NCBI GenBank assembly: GCA_964247055.1
Contig: OZ176053.1
Location: 10,912,001-10,976,000 of the forward strand
From: Paragordius varius
Lineage: Eukaryota; Animalia; Nematomorpha
Direction: 5' to 3'
Length of the DNA: 64,000 nt
The position numbers and the translations under genes were made by a program. Numbering within the stretch: position 1 is the first letter of the stretch; each line of letters opens with the position of its first letter. The notes beneath the pieces are model-generated. The model ran no database searches. It was not told the origin of the DNA and saw only the letters and a program-made list of their open reading frames with translations. This document shows, in pieces, positions 28,900 to 42,730 of the stretch.

Positions 28900-30060
28900 A
28901 ATTAGGGGTGTAGGTAATTCTTGGGTCAAGTTCGACCCCTTGGAAATTAAATGGACGAGTTTCCACTTGTCTTTTACCTATGATATTTCTTTCAATTCCC
29001 TTATACATCACCATATTCCTTCTTTAGAGCATCCAGCCATCTTCACATCGGTCTTCCTTTTTTTCATTTCAACTTTTCCAAAAATCTAACTTTTCTCAAG
29101 AGATGTACTTCTTAAAATGTGACCAATGTACGTGAACTTTCTTTTTATTATAGCTTCCATTAAGTGACTTTAATTTTTCTCTTATTGTTTCAATCCTAAC
29201 CCTATCAGACCATCTAATATTTAACATTCTCCTCAAGCACCACATTTCGAATATTGAAATCCTTTTTTAATCATTCTGTTTAGTGTACTACCGGAAAAAC
29301 CATGCATTTAATTACTCTCTTTTTAGTTTTCATACTGGTATCTTTACTTTTCCATATTATAGTCGACTTGTTGGCAGCTGACTTCTCTTAGGCGTATATC
29401 TGCCGTGGATGAGCCGTTTTATTTATTAGAGAGCCTAAGAATAGGATTTCATTTACTATTTCTACTGGGGGGTCGTCTATGGTTATATTAGGTTTATTTT
29501 CTAATAAACTCATAATTTTGGTTTTCTTAGGATTGAGGTTTAATCCATATCTTTTACTTTCTTTTACTGACCTTATCATATTCTTTAAACTTTCTACATT
29601 ATGTGCGATCAGCGTCGTGTCATCTGCGAATTTTTTAGATTGATAATCATTCTCCCTCCTATTTTTAGGAATTCAGTAGCTTCATCAACTTTTCTCATGA
29701 TCATTTCTGCACAAATATTAAACAAGGATGGTGAAATACAACATCATTGTCTAATACCTTTCTCCACCGGGGTTCGTGTTATGGCTTATCGGTGTTCATA
29801 CAAATTTTCGAGCAAGGTAAGCTTTGCTGTAACTCCCATTGCTTCCAAACTTTGCCATAAATGGACATGGTTAATCGGAGTCAACAGCTTTGGTATAATC
29901 AATACAACATATTACTAACTCTACTTGATATTCTTTTCATGTTTATGCGTCTCACTTTAGAGATGTGATCTCTTTTGCTAAGCCCTTTCATAATCCTGCT
30001 TGAACATCTGGATCTTCCTGACTATCACTTGATGTCGTCTGTTCTGGATAATCTTCAATA
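28900..30060 (-). mobile_element. Degenerate 5'-truncated RTE-like LINE (RT C-terminal part)
   Basis: ORF 29388-29579 (KESKRYGLNLNPKKTKIM...ILFLGSLIN) plus flanking broken RT frames. Confidence 0.75.
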
Positions 30061-30087
30061 TAATTATTAAAGAGAGCTATGTTCCTG

Positions 30088-32040
30088 CAGTGGCTTACCA
30101 AGGGGGACCAGGGGGTGCATCATGCCCTGGGCGCCGTTATTTAGGGGCGCTTAAATGATTTTTTTTAAAATAAATTATGCAAAAATAATAACAACTTTCA
30201 AGTAAGATTTTTCAGAGCGTATTAATACCTATAATATTATAAAAATTATATAAATGAAATCAAGAGCAAACATTATACAAAAAACAACTTACATGTAGGT
30301 GTTCCCTTCAACATGTGCAAACATATTTTTTCGCTTAAAAGACGTTTTTTTCTCACGTACTTATTGTTAATTATATTTATTGCCTTAATTATATTTTAAC
30401 ATCTCTCTCTGTTTAAATCTCTTATTCTTATATTTTATAATTGCATTTTTAATTTAATCATATTCAATTTCAAAACCCAAATTATTTAATCCTCAAGATC
30501 ATTCCATCTACAACAAGGTAGGTTTTTATTCTTAATATAGATTTGAATTTTTATAAATACTTTCATTTTCATCAGATATCAATGTCTTAAGTCAGCGGTT
30601 ACGCAAATCGGAGACGAAAAATTCACGAAGAGAATAACAAATAAAATGCGAATGCTTATGAAATCTTATTTAACAATCATTGAAAAAAGTGTGTGCGACA
30701 CAAACATAACGGTACTTCTTAATAATAAATACTTAAATACACCTGAACCCTAGTTATTGATTTAAAGATGCGAAAACTACAATATACCAATAGTAATTGC
30801 AAGCGCTTTATCTATTGAGTTAAATGATGTCGCCTTTTTAAAATTTATTAAAATCATGTTCCGGTAACATCTAATCAACTTTGCACAGAAATGATTATTC
30901 GTGGATCTCAAGGTTATTAAATAAATGCAATCTTTTTGAAACAAAAAAATATCGTTCAATGTCCCAATCTTGCTTTTTCGACTTGTCGGTAAAAAAGAAT
31001 GATTTGAAGTTGAGAGGTCTTGGCTTTTATATTCACCGAAGAACAGATCTGAGTATTGTTTTTTTGCCTTTTGATCGATCTAATTTCTTACCATCATCTT
31101 TTATAACTACGCATGGTTTTAATAAATAGACGAAAAAAATAAATTAATCCATCGCCTCAATCATCGGAAAGCATTTATTACTTGGAAAGAGGTAGCAAGA
31201 AGTTTGATAAATAAAACAGGAATTGATTCTGCTCTAGAAGCTCACACAACCGGAAAAGGAATGGCGAAATATTTAACATCGATTAATTTTAATGAAGCAT
31301 TTAAGGACCTTGAATCCTTACTATTGATTATCAGATATTCGGAATCAACTTTGCGAGGAAGCCAAAAAAAGCAAAAATTGTATGTGAAAATTGGTCTATA
31401 TCAACCCGTGCTAGAAAGCCAAAAAAATCCCAGGAAATCAGATGGAGTGATTTTTCCTTCAAAATGTGAAATTTCTTAGGTTAAACACGTATTGGATAAA
31501 TTGCATCATGAAGTGGAAATGAGATTCTCTAGGTTAAGATAAGCGAATTCTAAATTTGAATTTTTGTTAGGTATTAATAATTTATTGAATAATAACAATA
31601 ACAATAATGTTTTAAAAAATAATTGTAAATCTATAGGCGAATTTTACAATGTAGATTTTAATGGAACAGATCTTTTTATAGAAATTTGCGATTGTAAGAT
31701 GTTATTCCTAAGTCGAAAAGATGACGAACCTAACACTACGTCAGAACTCTTAACCTTTATATTTCATACGGCGACGTGTTTCCCAATTTAAGGGGTGCAC
31801 TTCTAATACTTTTGACTATTTCAACGTTAGTCGCTAGTTGTGAAAGGTTATTAAGCAAATTGACATTAATTTTAACATATATGCGATCGACGATGGGTCA
31901 AGATCGTATGTTAACATGGTTGAGTGTGGAAAAAGAAAAATTTCATATGATAGATTTTAATGATATAATTGATAATTTTGCATATCATAAAAGAAATTTT
32001 TAGTTGCCTCATATCTTTATAAGTGGCAAAATCTCATTAA
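30088..32040 (+). mobile_element. Degenerate hAT transposon with transposase remnants
   Basis: Left end CAGTGGCTTACC. ORF 31776-32003 (FPNL...LLILLTISTLVASCERLLSKLTLILTYMRSTMGQDR) matches the hAT C-terminal dimerisation domain; upstream frames are fragmented. Confidence 0.8.
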
Positions 32041-32216
32041 TATACCTTTTACGGATTAAATAAATTGCATTACATAAATTGTATTGAAATTTTATTCCGT
32101 TAAAATCTGTATTTTAAAATTCGCCTATATTTACAATTATTTTATAAATCATTATTGTTCGCCATTATCATAAAATTCATTATATGCATCGAAAATCAAT
32201 GTGTATTTTTATATAA

Positions 32217-33206
32217 CTAGCGTATATCTTGTGCTGCTGCGCAGCCCGAGTAAGTCCTTCGGACTTCTGGGGGGGGGGGAGGGGGTATTTTTGATTTTAT
32301 AAGCAATTTTGTTATTCGGCACGAAGTTTTAAAATGATTCACACAGTCTTATATTCTAAAATTTGGCTCCAAAGGCATGCTGTATCGATATGAAGGCGCA
32401 GTTGTAGCGGGTAGCCCCCTACGCAGAGTCCAATATAAAAATGTATTTAGATAAAAAAATTTGCCTTTTACCTGGAATCATCGTTCATTCCTAATAGTTT
32501 ATCGAAAAATGGCTTAAAAACTAAATAATAGTTCAATGATAGCGCATTTTTTAGAGAGTAAAGGGCCTATTTAACAGCTAATTCAAAAAATCCGCTCGAC
32601 TAAAATTTTTGACTTTTTACGAGTGATACTTTAAGCAGCTTTTGAACTCATATGGCCTAATAGGTTTTCTTAAATTTAGCCCCAAAAGCACGCTATTTCG
32701 ATATGACGGGTCAGTTTTTCGCGGGTAGCTCCTTACTCAGCATCTATCATCAAAGAAACGCTAACAGAAAATACGTAGAATCCTTATTAAATTTTTACGG
32801 TCTCATATGGGCGAAAAATAGATTTAAAAAATTGTTTTTGTGGACTTTGTTTTTTGAAAAAAATGGCATACGGGGGGAGCGGGTAAAAAGGGGGGCTAAA
32901 TTAAAAAAGCGAACGATTATATACGGCGCAATCGAAGATAAGTAAACAAAAATCAATTGAATGGTCCAACACGTTCTCCGGAAAATTGTCTCAAAGACAC
33001 GATTTTTGTGGACTTCTGTTTTCAAAAAAAACCCAGTTTAACACGGGGTAGGCCCGAACTGGGGGCCTATTTTAAAAAAAGGGCGAAGCTATTGTCGGGG
33101 CATTCATTAATGATTATATTTTTTTGATATTTAGATTTGAATGGGACTACCGGTTTTCCAGTACCAGATCACAAAGCCAGCATTTTTTATTTTTATAAAT
33201 ATATAT
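32217..33206 (-). mobile_element. Non-autonomous Helitron
   Basis: Minus-strand 3' hairpins then CTAG|T at 32217; 5' end degenerate near 33206. Confidence 0.75.
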
Positions 33207-34060
33207 TCCATAGTATAGTATTAGAATAATTAGATGTATGTTTGAATATGAATAAATTTAGTCTCACACATATATATATGTATGTATTTAATAGATTTAA
33301 AATTTATATTACTGTCCTGTGTTATCTATGGTGTTTACGTTGCAACGTTTGTATTTTTTACCAAATTCTTTTATTGGCGATGAGGGGGAAAGGGAACGCC
33401 TTAAGTATTTTATGATCCGGGCGCCGCAAATGCTCGGTACGCCATTGTTTAACATTCTCAGAAAATTTAAATTGATTAGATTTGTTCATAAATTGACAAT
33501 TTTAAATTTTTTTAATAAATAATTGTCGAAATATGAGCTAACAAAAGTTTATAAATCCCAATTAAAACATCTTTATCTTATGTAAAAAACTAACTAATGG
33601 GTTATATTATATCTATACAAATAAAATAAGATGCAATATTTTATAATTAGCCTTGAGACTATGAGTGCTTATGGACACTGCGTTCAAAATTGGGTGTTGC
33701 AAAAAAAATAAGCTGATGAAATATATATATTCTGGGAAAATGTATCAGGATTATCATGGTGCTTTTGGTTTTGACCCTTACAAATGATTTAAGAAAGGTA
33801 TTTATTTACAATTTCTGGCACTCCATATCAGAAAATGGCAAAATTTGTGCACATTTTTTTAAATTAATTTTTTTTGGTGAAAGCTAAATGCTTTATTCCA
33901 AAAATTATCATAAAGTCCCGATTGGCAAGTATTCCTAAAATTTTGAGTATATGCTAACTTTCGAAGATAAAAATATTTTCAAAAAAATGCATACTTTTTT
34001 TAATTTATTTATGCAAAATTTTGTTGAAGCGTACTTTATATTAATTTGAGGTATGGGAAA

Positions 34061-34735
34061 CATGGCGGAACTATATGTGGGTCCCGCCGCAAAATTTACC
34101 CTCAGCTCAACCCCTTCTTCCCAAATCTATATACTATATTTTTTCGGTTATGCCTTAAAAGCATGACCAATTGCATTTATCTTTTACCTGGCGCATTACC
34201 TTTGCACATAAAAATGATATACTTTGTCCTGGCGTCCCAAGTCTCAAAGTTATGACTGGCATTTTTAATTATTATGATTAGTTTCCACCCACTCTAACCA
34301 CTGCCAATCCTTTAATCTTAGAACGTTTATTTTTAAAAGTTAAAAATAATCAAATTTAAGCGAATGATAATTGAAAAAAGATTGAGCAATGCTATATGAG
34401 GCACAAATGGTGGTAAGATGAAAAAGATATATTGAAAAATAAAATTTTAAAATGTGATTATGATTGATCTAATAGATGGTATTAGGCAGAGTTTTAGTTT
34501 ATAAATCAGTAAATCTTTCAAAATTTCGTATTCATGATTTTGTGAAAGAAAATTTTCAAATTATATCTTTTTAACCATTTGATCCGCCGTCTCCGCTTCT
34601 GTAGTAACGATAAATTGCTAAACGTTTTTTCAGCCATCGTTATTTTAATATAATTTTTAATTATTTTTAATTTTGAAAATGAAAGTTCCGCTGTAGCAAC
34701 CGTAACTGTTATCACAACTGGCGTTAGGTATTTGA
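34061..34735. mobile_element. hAT MITE end plus a minus-strand hAT transposase C-terminal remnant
   Basis: CA(G)TGGCGGAAC end at 34061. ORF 34518-34715 reads TVATAELSFSKLKIIKNY. Confidence 0.65.
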
Positions 34736-37700
34736 TAATAATTAATGTCGCTGCAAATTGCCTAGAGCGATCTCATCCTTAAGCGAACAGCTACGTTATA
34801 AAAACCTCTAAATTTGTTATTTAACTGAAAAATACTAAATCCAAAATTTTATTGGAAATATTTACCCTAAACTTAAACTGAGTCCAAAATCGGGAGGCTT
34901 AAAAAATAGATGAGTGAAATATATATTATGATAGGAAAATATATCAGGATTATCATAGAGCTTTTGGTTTCGGCCTACCGGGTAATATAAAAAAGTTATT
35001 TACACTTTTGTAGTAAGTGTATATCAGAAAATAGCAAAATATGCTATTTTAAATAAATTTTATGGTAAAATTTAGAGGCTTCTTTTCTAAAACTCTAAAA
35101 TAAATTATAAACTACATATAAAAGCCAAAACAACATTTACAAAAAGTTTTACTAGATGTGGGTATCAAATGCCGAAATTTTTTTGAAAATGGGGGTTGCC
35201 CTCTCAAAATAAGCGCAATAAATTCAAAATTGAGGGATAATAATATGCTTAATTTATATCAAAATTTTGTTGAGCGTATACTTTTTGAGTCATGGAAACG
35301 GTTTGAAAAAACTTTAAAATTTTAATAAACATTTTTCTATAATTAGATGATACTGAACATGTTTTGACCTCAGAATTTTAATAAAAATATTTGTTCGTCT
35401 TTAAATTGTTAAATAAATATTGTGTTTTTTTACAAAAATTTTCTAATATTTTTAAGAAACAAACCGTTAGTTCAAAATTCTGAAGCGATAGAAATGTTCA
35501 ACATAAATTTTTATACTAGATTTGTAGACTGTATAGTTTTCTAATTCATCACGACAATAGAATGAAGTACGTTTCTACAAAATATGCTAAAAATTAAATT
35601 TTTTAAAAAAGTATGCATTTTTAAAAAAATATTTTTTAGTTGATATTATATTTGCGTATATTTAAATTATTTATAGCGCAAGCTCTGCCTTTTTGCGTTT
35701 ATATTATAAACACTATCCTATTTTATAAGAGCGAAAATTGGGACATTCGAGGCCCACATCAAAAATTTAAATTTTTTAAAAATATTATTTTTCGTTTATG
35801 ATAAATTGAATGATATATTGAATGAAGCATTTAGCTTTTAGTAAAAAAATAAATTTATAAAAATTGCGCAAATTTTGCCATTTTCTGATATGGAGAATTT
35901 GCCACAAAGTGTTAATAACTATCTTAAATTACTCATAAGAGCAAAACCAAACCATAAGAATTTTGACACATTTTTCTATTATAATATATGCAGTTCATCA
36001 GCTTATTTTTATGGAATCTTTTTATTTTCTACCTTTTTGGTTGAACAAATCAATTATCCATGTATCATCAGTTATATAATTGGATTTTTTAAACATATTT
36101 TTATCGCACATAATTTTTGAAAAATAATTCACTCCCATAAAACGACATTTTCAAGAATTGATTTAAACTTATTTTTTTCGTTAATATTAAAGTTTTTTAT
36201 CCATAAACTATTAGAATTATTAAAAAAAAGTTTAAAATGTGTATAATTCCTATATTAATATTTTATTTACTTTGATTTGGCGTTTCCTTCTTCTTTTTAG
36301 ACGCGGACTTTTTCCAAAATACACCAATAAATAGTATATTTCATACAATTTTGTATTGATGTCAAATTTAGAATGTAAAATATTTTGAATTATATAAGTA
36401 GTTATATTTTGATTGTTGAGTTTATAAGAATATTATTAAACATTAATTTATTTAAACGTAAACACTGTTTAAATATGATGAGACAATTAATTATAGGGTT
36501 TTTTGATTTTATTTAAATCAAAATTAAAAATATTTAAGATATTGGTGATCACGGTCTCTCAGTAATTAGAAAAATAAAGTAATATAATTTTATTGATATA
36601 TGCTTTATTCCAAAAAAATAAAATTTTAATTCATCAACATTATTAATAATAGGATAGGTGGGGATGTTAATTGTAGGGACGGATCAGCTCGGTTATAAAA
36701 TATCGTTCCTTCCTATTTGTCGTTCGTGAAGATCAAGATCCCACTAAACTTCTAGAAGCTCTTGTTGCTGCTGGCTTTGTTGATATCGGATTTCGGTAAA
36801 CTGGATTCGTAGAGTTTAAAACGTATTTTGCCAGTGAGTTCTTGTCTGTGATAATGTCTCATTTTCATGTTTCCGATTTAAACTTGCGTGGTATGTCATG
36901 GTGCATGCATGATTTTATAAAAAAAATTGTCGTTGTTTTTGGCACGAATGTGTGAGACAAAGATTTTAAGAATGGGGTTGTCTATATCACAACGGCCGCT
37001 TTTTTACCCTGTTGACTGGTTAGATAGCTATGCTTGACGTAATCGTCTGCTGATGTAAACTTTTATGTTAATTTAGTTTTATTATGTTATGGTTTTATCT
37101 AGGTGGATTCATTGGCTGTATTAATGGTTTTTTTTAACGATGATTTTAAAATTTGCTTTTGGTTTTGCCACAAGTATGTGGTTAGAAAAAGCGTCGGGTC
37201 CAGGATTTTTACATATGTAAGATATGATGTTTATCTTTACATCAAGGCGGGAATCGATTTGATTTCTTTGTTTTCTCCAAAGTAAGGGGATATGTATCTT
37301 CGTTTGGGTTGATTAAAGAAGGAGTTTATACTCTATACACTCTATGAGGCGGTAGTATTGTTTTAATTACCAAGTCCATTTCCACCAGAATGTCTATTCT
37401 CCATGACAATGATGGTGGTAAAGACACTCCTCATTGTAAAAAGTATTCTTTTTGGGGACTCTTTCACATGCTGTACTAAGAATGTCGTTTAGTAGTCGTC
37501 GTTGTTAGAATTAGTATAGTCATATACTTGAAATAATGAATCGGCTAAGGAACTGTACTCTATCGTATTGATATAATGAGATGACTGATTGGTAAATTTC
37601 TATTTGGTAATGGATTAGGTTGGCATTAAAGCCATACCATTACGTTTGAAAAAGTCGTGACCTGATAAGGACAATATCTAATTATTAATGTTTTTGTTCT

Positions 37701-37769
37701 TGTCAATCAACGTAATAAAAAAGAGATTGTTACTAACGGAGAGTACTTTAACAATCTTAACATTATATG

Positions 37770-38360
37770 GGTGTCGACAACTCGGCCTGCGGGCCGCGTG
37801 CGGCTTCTAGACATCATGTGTGTCCCCCAAAAAATTGTAAAAAAAACTAATAAAAACGGAATTCCATACTTTGCAAAAATAAGCTCAAGGAATCTTAATA
37901 AAATCGATATTTTTGAAACGGATTTTCTGAAATCTTTAAATAACCACACTAATAAAAATTGGTAAAATAAGTCGTTATATTGTGTTTGCATTTTTTTTAC
38001 AGTCCTATGTTTGACATCTAATAAATTATTCATCAATGCCCATATAATTTCAAGTGAGACCCTCCGTTTTTTGCATGAAATGTCATCTGTGAAATTCTTT
38101 AAACACGCCTGCTTTATATCCAATTTGTCTGGAACGATCTATTTTTAACTCTTACAACACGTGTCCGCTAACCGCATGTGGCTCTCCACAACTTTTTGTT
38201 TTGCCAAACAAATTTTTGTAAAAATGTTTAATATTTCAGCAGTGTTACTGAAAGATTTTATTTTAGCGAAATCCCATAACTTAAAGCCTATGCATTTATT
38301 TTTATAAATAGGTGTAAAAAGTTCATATTATACACAAATGTGATCCGCACTGGATGTCAT
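37770..38360. mobile_element. hAT-type MITE
   Basis: gggtgtcgacaactcggcctgcgggccgcgtgcggc end motif, shared with the MITEs at 18775, 41184, 45115, 57794 and 63240; right end approximate. Confidence 0.5.
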
Positions 38361-38979
38361 TTAAATTTGTAATTTTATAAAATATTTCATTTTTTGAAAT
38401 TAAAGATGGCCGGGATTCGATTGGTTATCCACAATATCCGGAAAAATATTTGAACAATATGATTATACAAATAATAAAAAAGTATTGGTTTTTTCCCACG
38501 TTTTAATCGAAAGCTATTGCTAAATCGTTTGAAAATAATGCGTAAATAAAACATAATAAAAATTAAAATATTATTTTTCAAATGTTTTTTGATTTTGGGA
38601 ATAAAAATTTATCTTTATGCATAATAAAAATAATATTAATAATGGGTGTGGTGCCATACTTCTAAATTAATTCCGTATTTCATTAATACTTCATTTACAG
38701 ATAGATACACTCACTCTATAATTTTGAGAATTCAATTACTTTTTAAGTACTACTCCATACAAATGTAAATCAATATATTGCCCTCTCTATACTTCCATTG
38801 TATCATAGAGAAAATTATAATAGGGTATGTACATTTGTTAAAGTAGAGACTATTAAAATTTATAAGTCAAATATTTTATAATGAAAACCACAAAATAATT
38901 TTTTTCAATTAAAAAAAGAAGCACATGCAAATAATGTTTGCATAATTGTTTTTTTCTCGAATGGACCTTTAACTCTCTA

Positions 38980-41882
38980 ATGATAAGGACATTTTCATCT
39001 TTAACTGTTTTTGTCGCACAATTTTTTATTTCATCGATTTATAAAAATTATTTTATAACATATTCTATGGTATATGTCCGACCACACCCTGCCCCCTACC
39101 TATCCAATGAAATTATCAAACATTTGAATACTTCTTTACCACAACAGGTAAATATAAAAAATTGATTCAACTTTGTTTAATATTTTAGTGTATCTATATC
39201 TGAGTACTTAATGCGTTAGGATTTATCAGCGATCCTAAGCAGTGTCTCTTAATTAATAACGTAATAAACGAATTTTTTCTTGTTAAGAATTAATGATTAA
39301 TATAATGACCATATGATTAACAGCAGCTTTTATTTCTGTATTTGGCTTATGACTAATTGATTGTCTGGGAAAAGCCGGGCTTCGGAACCGTATTAAATAA
39401 TTAACATACAAATTTTGCTCCAAAATTATTTTTTCCGACTTTAATAGTTGTTTTGATTAAATGAAAATTATTTTTAATCGCCTTGATTTTTCTATACTAG
39501 GTCCATCGTTGTTTAAAAAATAGATGTAATAAATGATTTATTCGACTTTAAAGATTAGTCATATTTTAGTATTTTATATATAATCACATTTAGAATTTTG
39601 GTACCATTTCACCTTCTTTGCTGCGGAAACAATGCAGACAAATATGGAATTGTTCAATGCCCAAGAAAAAAATTATGAAAAAAATCAAAACGCTCACCCA
39701 GCTCGAAATCTCTCAATTAATACAAAGTTTTACTTTTATTTAAATTAATTTTAGATAAAAAAATTCTCAAATTTTTTACCATAATATACATCGAATGTAA
39801 CAACATACATAAAATGTTAGTGCAACAGAACCTTTATTAATTTCCATGTTCTTTGAGGGGGAGGGAAGGGGGGGGGGGGGGGGTTACAGCCAAAACTGTT
39901 TTTAGAACAAAAGGTGTTTCTTAGTTTTAAAAAACATAAAATTATAGATATAGTCCTATTTATAAGACTGTTGTCATGTTAATCTTAGTTACTTAGGTAA
40001 TTTTGGACAGAAATATTTGGAACGGGTACTATTATTAATGAAGTCGTAATTACACTCTCGATATAAATAAACATTATATCCTTATTTATTTTTGGTTGGT
40101 GTAGTTGTCCATTTAAATTTCCTGCCAAATTTTCAATTTTTTCAAAATTGTTTTTCATCTGAATTCTTTAATACGCCCACCAAAAAATTTTGTCAACTTA
40201 TTAACTCAGTAAAGGGCAAGCTGTACACATTCAAAAATTATTTTTTTGATTATTATAGTAAATAATTATTTACCAAAAAAATAAATTTAGATGAAATTGA
40301 GCATCAAATTGAGATGGCCGTAGCGCAACAAATAACAAAATTGTCGAATTCTAGTTTGGATTCATCGGCTCAAACTTTGATAAAATCTAACATGGTACCT
40401 AACGATGGCCTTCTCATACCAAAAATAACTGCGGCCTTCCATTGCAGATTGCAAAATTACATAACAATAGCTAAGCAAACCTTTTTGGAGCTAAAAACAT
40501 TTAAAACGGTAATTTTACTTTAATTTTTCATAATAATTTGAATATAAGTTTAGCACGTGATAAATAAAAATAGTAAAAAAATAATTAAAAATTTGATACA
40601 AATATTAAAATTTTTTATGTAAAACTAATAAAACCATATTATTAAAATCTTGGATTTTTTAGAATGCCATTCATCGTTTTGAAATCCAAAATAGGGTAGA
40701 GAATGTAAATTGTTGATACCTATAGATATATAGTTTGTGTAAAAAAACCAAAGTTTAAAAAGAGCATGATTGTCTTTTAGTTTGTTACATTTTGCATCTT
40801 TATAATATTATTTTTTACTGTAAATTATCAGACCGATTTTGACTCAGTATTTACTAAAAAAATTCTAAATATGTAAAATAAAATCATGTAGCCATTTTCT
40901 TCTGGTGCTTTTAATCGTGGACAGGGAATGGATTTATTAAATGGGCGTTTTGTAGCTTACTTAAGGGGCATATACCAATTCACTTGCTATTTACACCTTG
41001 TCCATAAACCCGGCAAAAAGAAAAGAGTATTGAAACAAGCCGACAATATTAGATTACTCATATGCTTAAATTCTTTGTGTCAAAGCCAAAGGTAATTAAT
41101 TTCAATTTATATTATGCACCTGGTCAATCAATTTAACGTATTTAGTATTAGTGTATATATATATATACATATATACACTATCTTAGGGATGTCCAACACA
41201 AATGGATGTGTTGGCCGAATTTTAAAAAATCTGGTAGTCCACAAAATATAAATTAATATTCAATTGCATACATAAGATTATAAAAAAATTGGATGTTGAA
41301 TATAATTACTATTTATTTAACCATTTTTCGCTAGTTCGTTGTCAATTGCAAATATATCCATTTTATTTGAATTTTGCGGCATTATTTTGCAAATATATTT
41401 GTTTTATTTGGTGCCAGACATAATATTTCAAAGGGCCTAGTGATGGACACCCCTGCACTAGAGTATGGGTAGAAATAAAAATCTTTTTCCTAGGTGTTAA
41501 CATTAATTTTGTTCCTTTAAGTACGGACTGACATATTTTGCACCCCTATCTACTGTAAAAATAATTTTAGTTAACTTATACTTATTATTATGCTTTTTGT
41601 AACACAGTTGTTTTATATATTTGTTAGTTCGATTGAATTTGTATCCGGCTTTGAAAGTAATAGCAAAATTTTCACTATAGGCGTTTCTGGACTCCTTCAA
41701 ATGCAAGTAAGCTTTACAAAACATTAATAAAATTGTTTAAATTTTCTCTCGTTTTTTATCTTAAATTATTTTTTTATATGTAGGCGGGTGAATATGCATC
41801 AGTATTTGTAGATAACCGCTCGCGGTTCCCTGTTACCATTCAAAAAGGTTCCCATTTCAATGGAATATTATTGGGGACATGA
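38980..41882 (+). CDS. C1QTNF12: C1q/TNF-related protein, adipolin (C1QTNF12)/erythroferrone-like
   Basis: Exons 38980-39147 (start uncertain), 39594-39726, 40291-40508, 40892-41091 (PFSSGAFNRGQGMDLLNGRF...GIYQF...LLICLNSLCQ), 41628-41706 (IEFVSGFESNSKIFTIGVSGLLQMQ) and 41784-41882 (AGEYASVFVDN...IQKGSHFNGILLGT stop). The C1q domain closely follows the adipolin pattern. Confidence 0.88.
41184..41455. mobile_element. hAT-type MITE in an adipolin intron
   Basis: Ends tagggatgtcc...ggacacccctg; flanks cactatct / cactagag match only partly. Confidence 0.6.
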
Positions 41883-42730
41883 TTGGCATAAAACTTGTAT
41901 TAACAAATAGTATTGAGGGATAAACCTTAACATAAATAAATTATAATCAGAATTTTGGATGATATTTACCATGATTTTTATTAAAAACATGTTTAAAGCG
42001 TAGAGAGTTTTCTTAATTACAACCGCATGTTTTTAGAGTCACTCCTCACTCATGTGAAATACATTATTTATAATTATTTATATGGCACTGAAACAATTTT
42101 CTAGAATATATCCGTTATTCGATAATCTATGACAATAACATTTTTAAGGTTTAACGCATGTTTATTGTCCGATTTTATAATCAAACCTTTATTGTTACAG
42201 GTAATAGAAATGCAATTTTTAAAATTAAATTATGTAAGTAACTGAACTTCCAGCTACCCCATTTAGATAAAAAACGGCTAAAAAGATTAAAATTCGTAAA
42301 AAATGGATTTTATATAAAATTATTTGGACAAATAAATCCACTAATCATAAAATTAAAATAAGATGAACAAAAATATATAGTATAATATGAATAATTGTTT
42401 CCACCAGCACAGTGCAGAAATTAGGCGTCATATGAAATATTATACATATCTGTAAGAAAATGTATTGAGATTCTCACGGTTAGTACCTACGAGTCATTTA
42501 AGAAAATTAAACCCATTTTATGGTAATTGGTATATAATAAGATAATTATGTAAATGTAAATATTTTTAAGTAAAAATGCTTATTTTAACATTGTTGACAA
42601 TATATCCTAAATTTTTAGCTAAAAAATATTTGTGTGCTCTAACCGAAAAGAACAAGATGAATCTTTATATATTCTATAAAATTTTTAGCTAAAAATTAAG
42701 ATTTTAACTATTTTGCTATTGAGATAGATA

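Noticed and set aside
30088-33447. One intact hAT element closed by the inverted CAATGGCGTACC at 33447
   Set aside because: Flanks (tgttcctg versus tttaacat) form no TSD, and the 33447 end belongs to the block duplicated at about 43950.
37707-38123. 138-aa minus-strand ORF
   Set aside because: Falls within a hAT-type MITE, has AT-biased composition and no domain.
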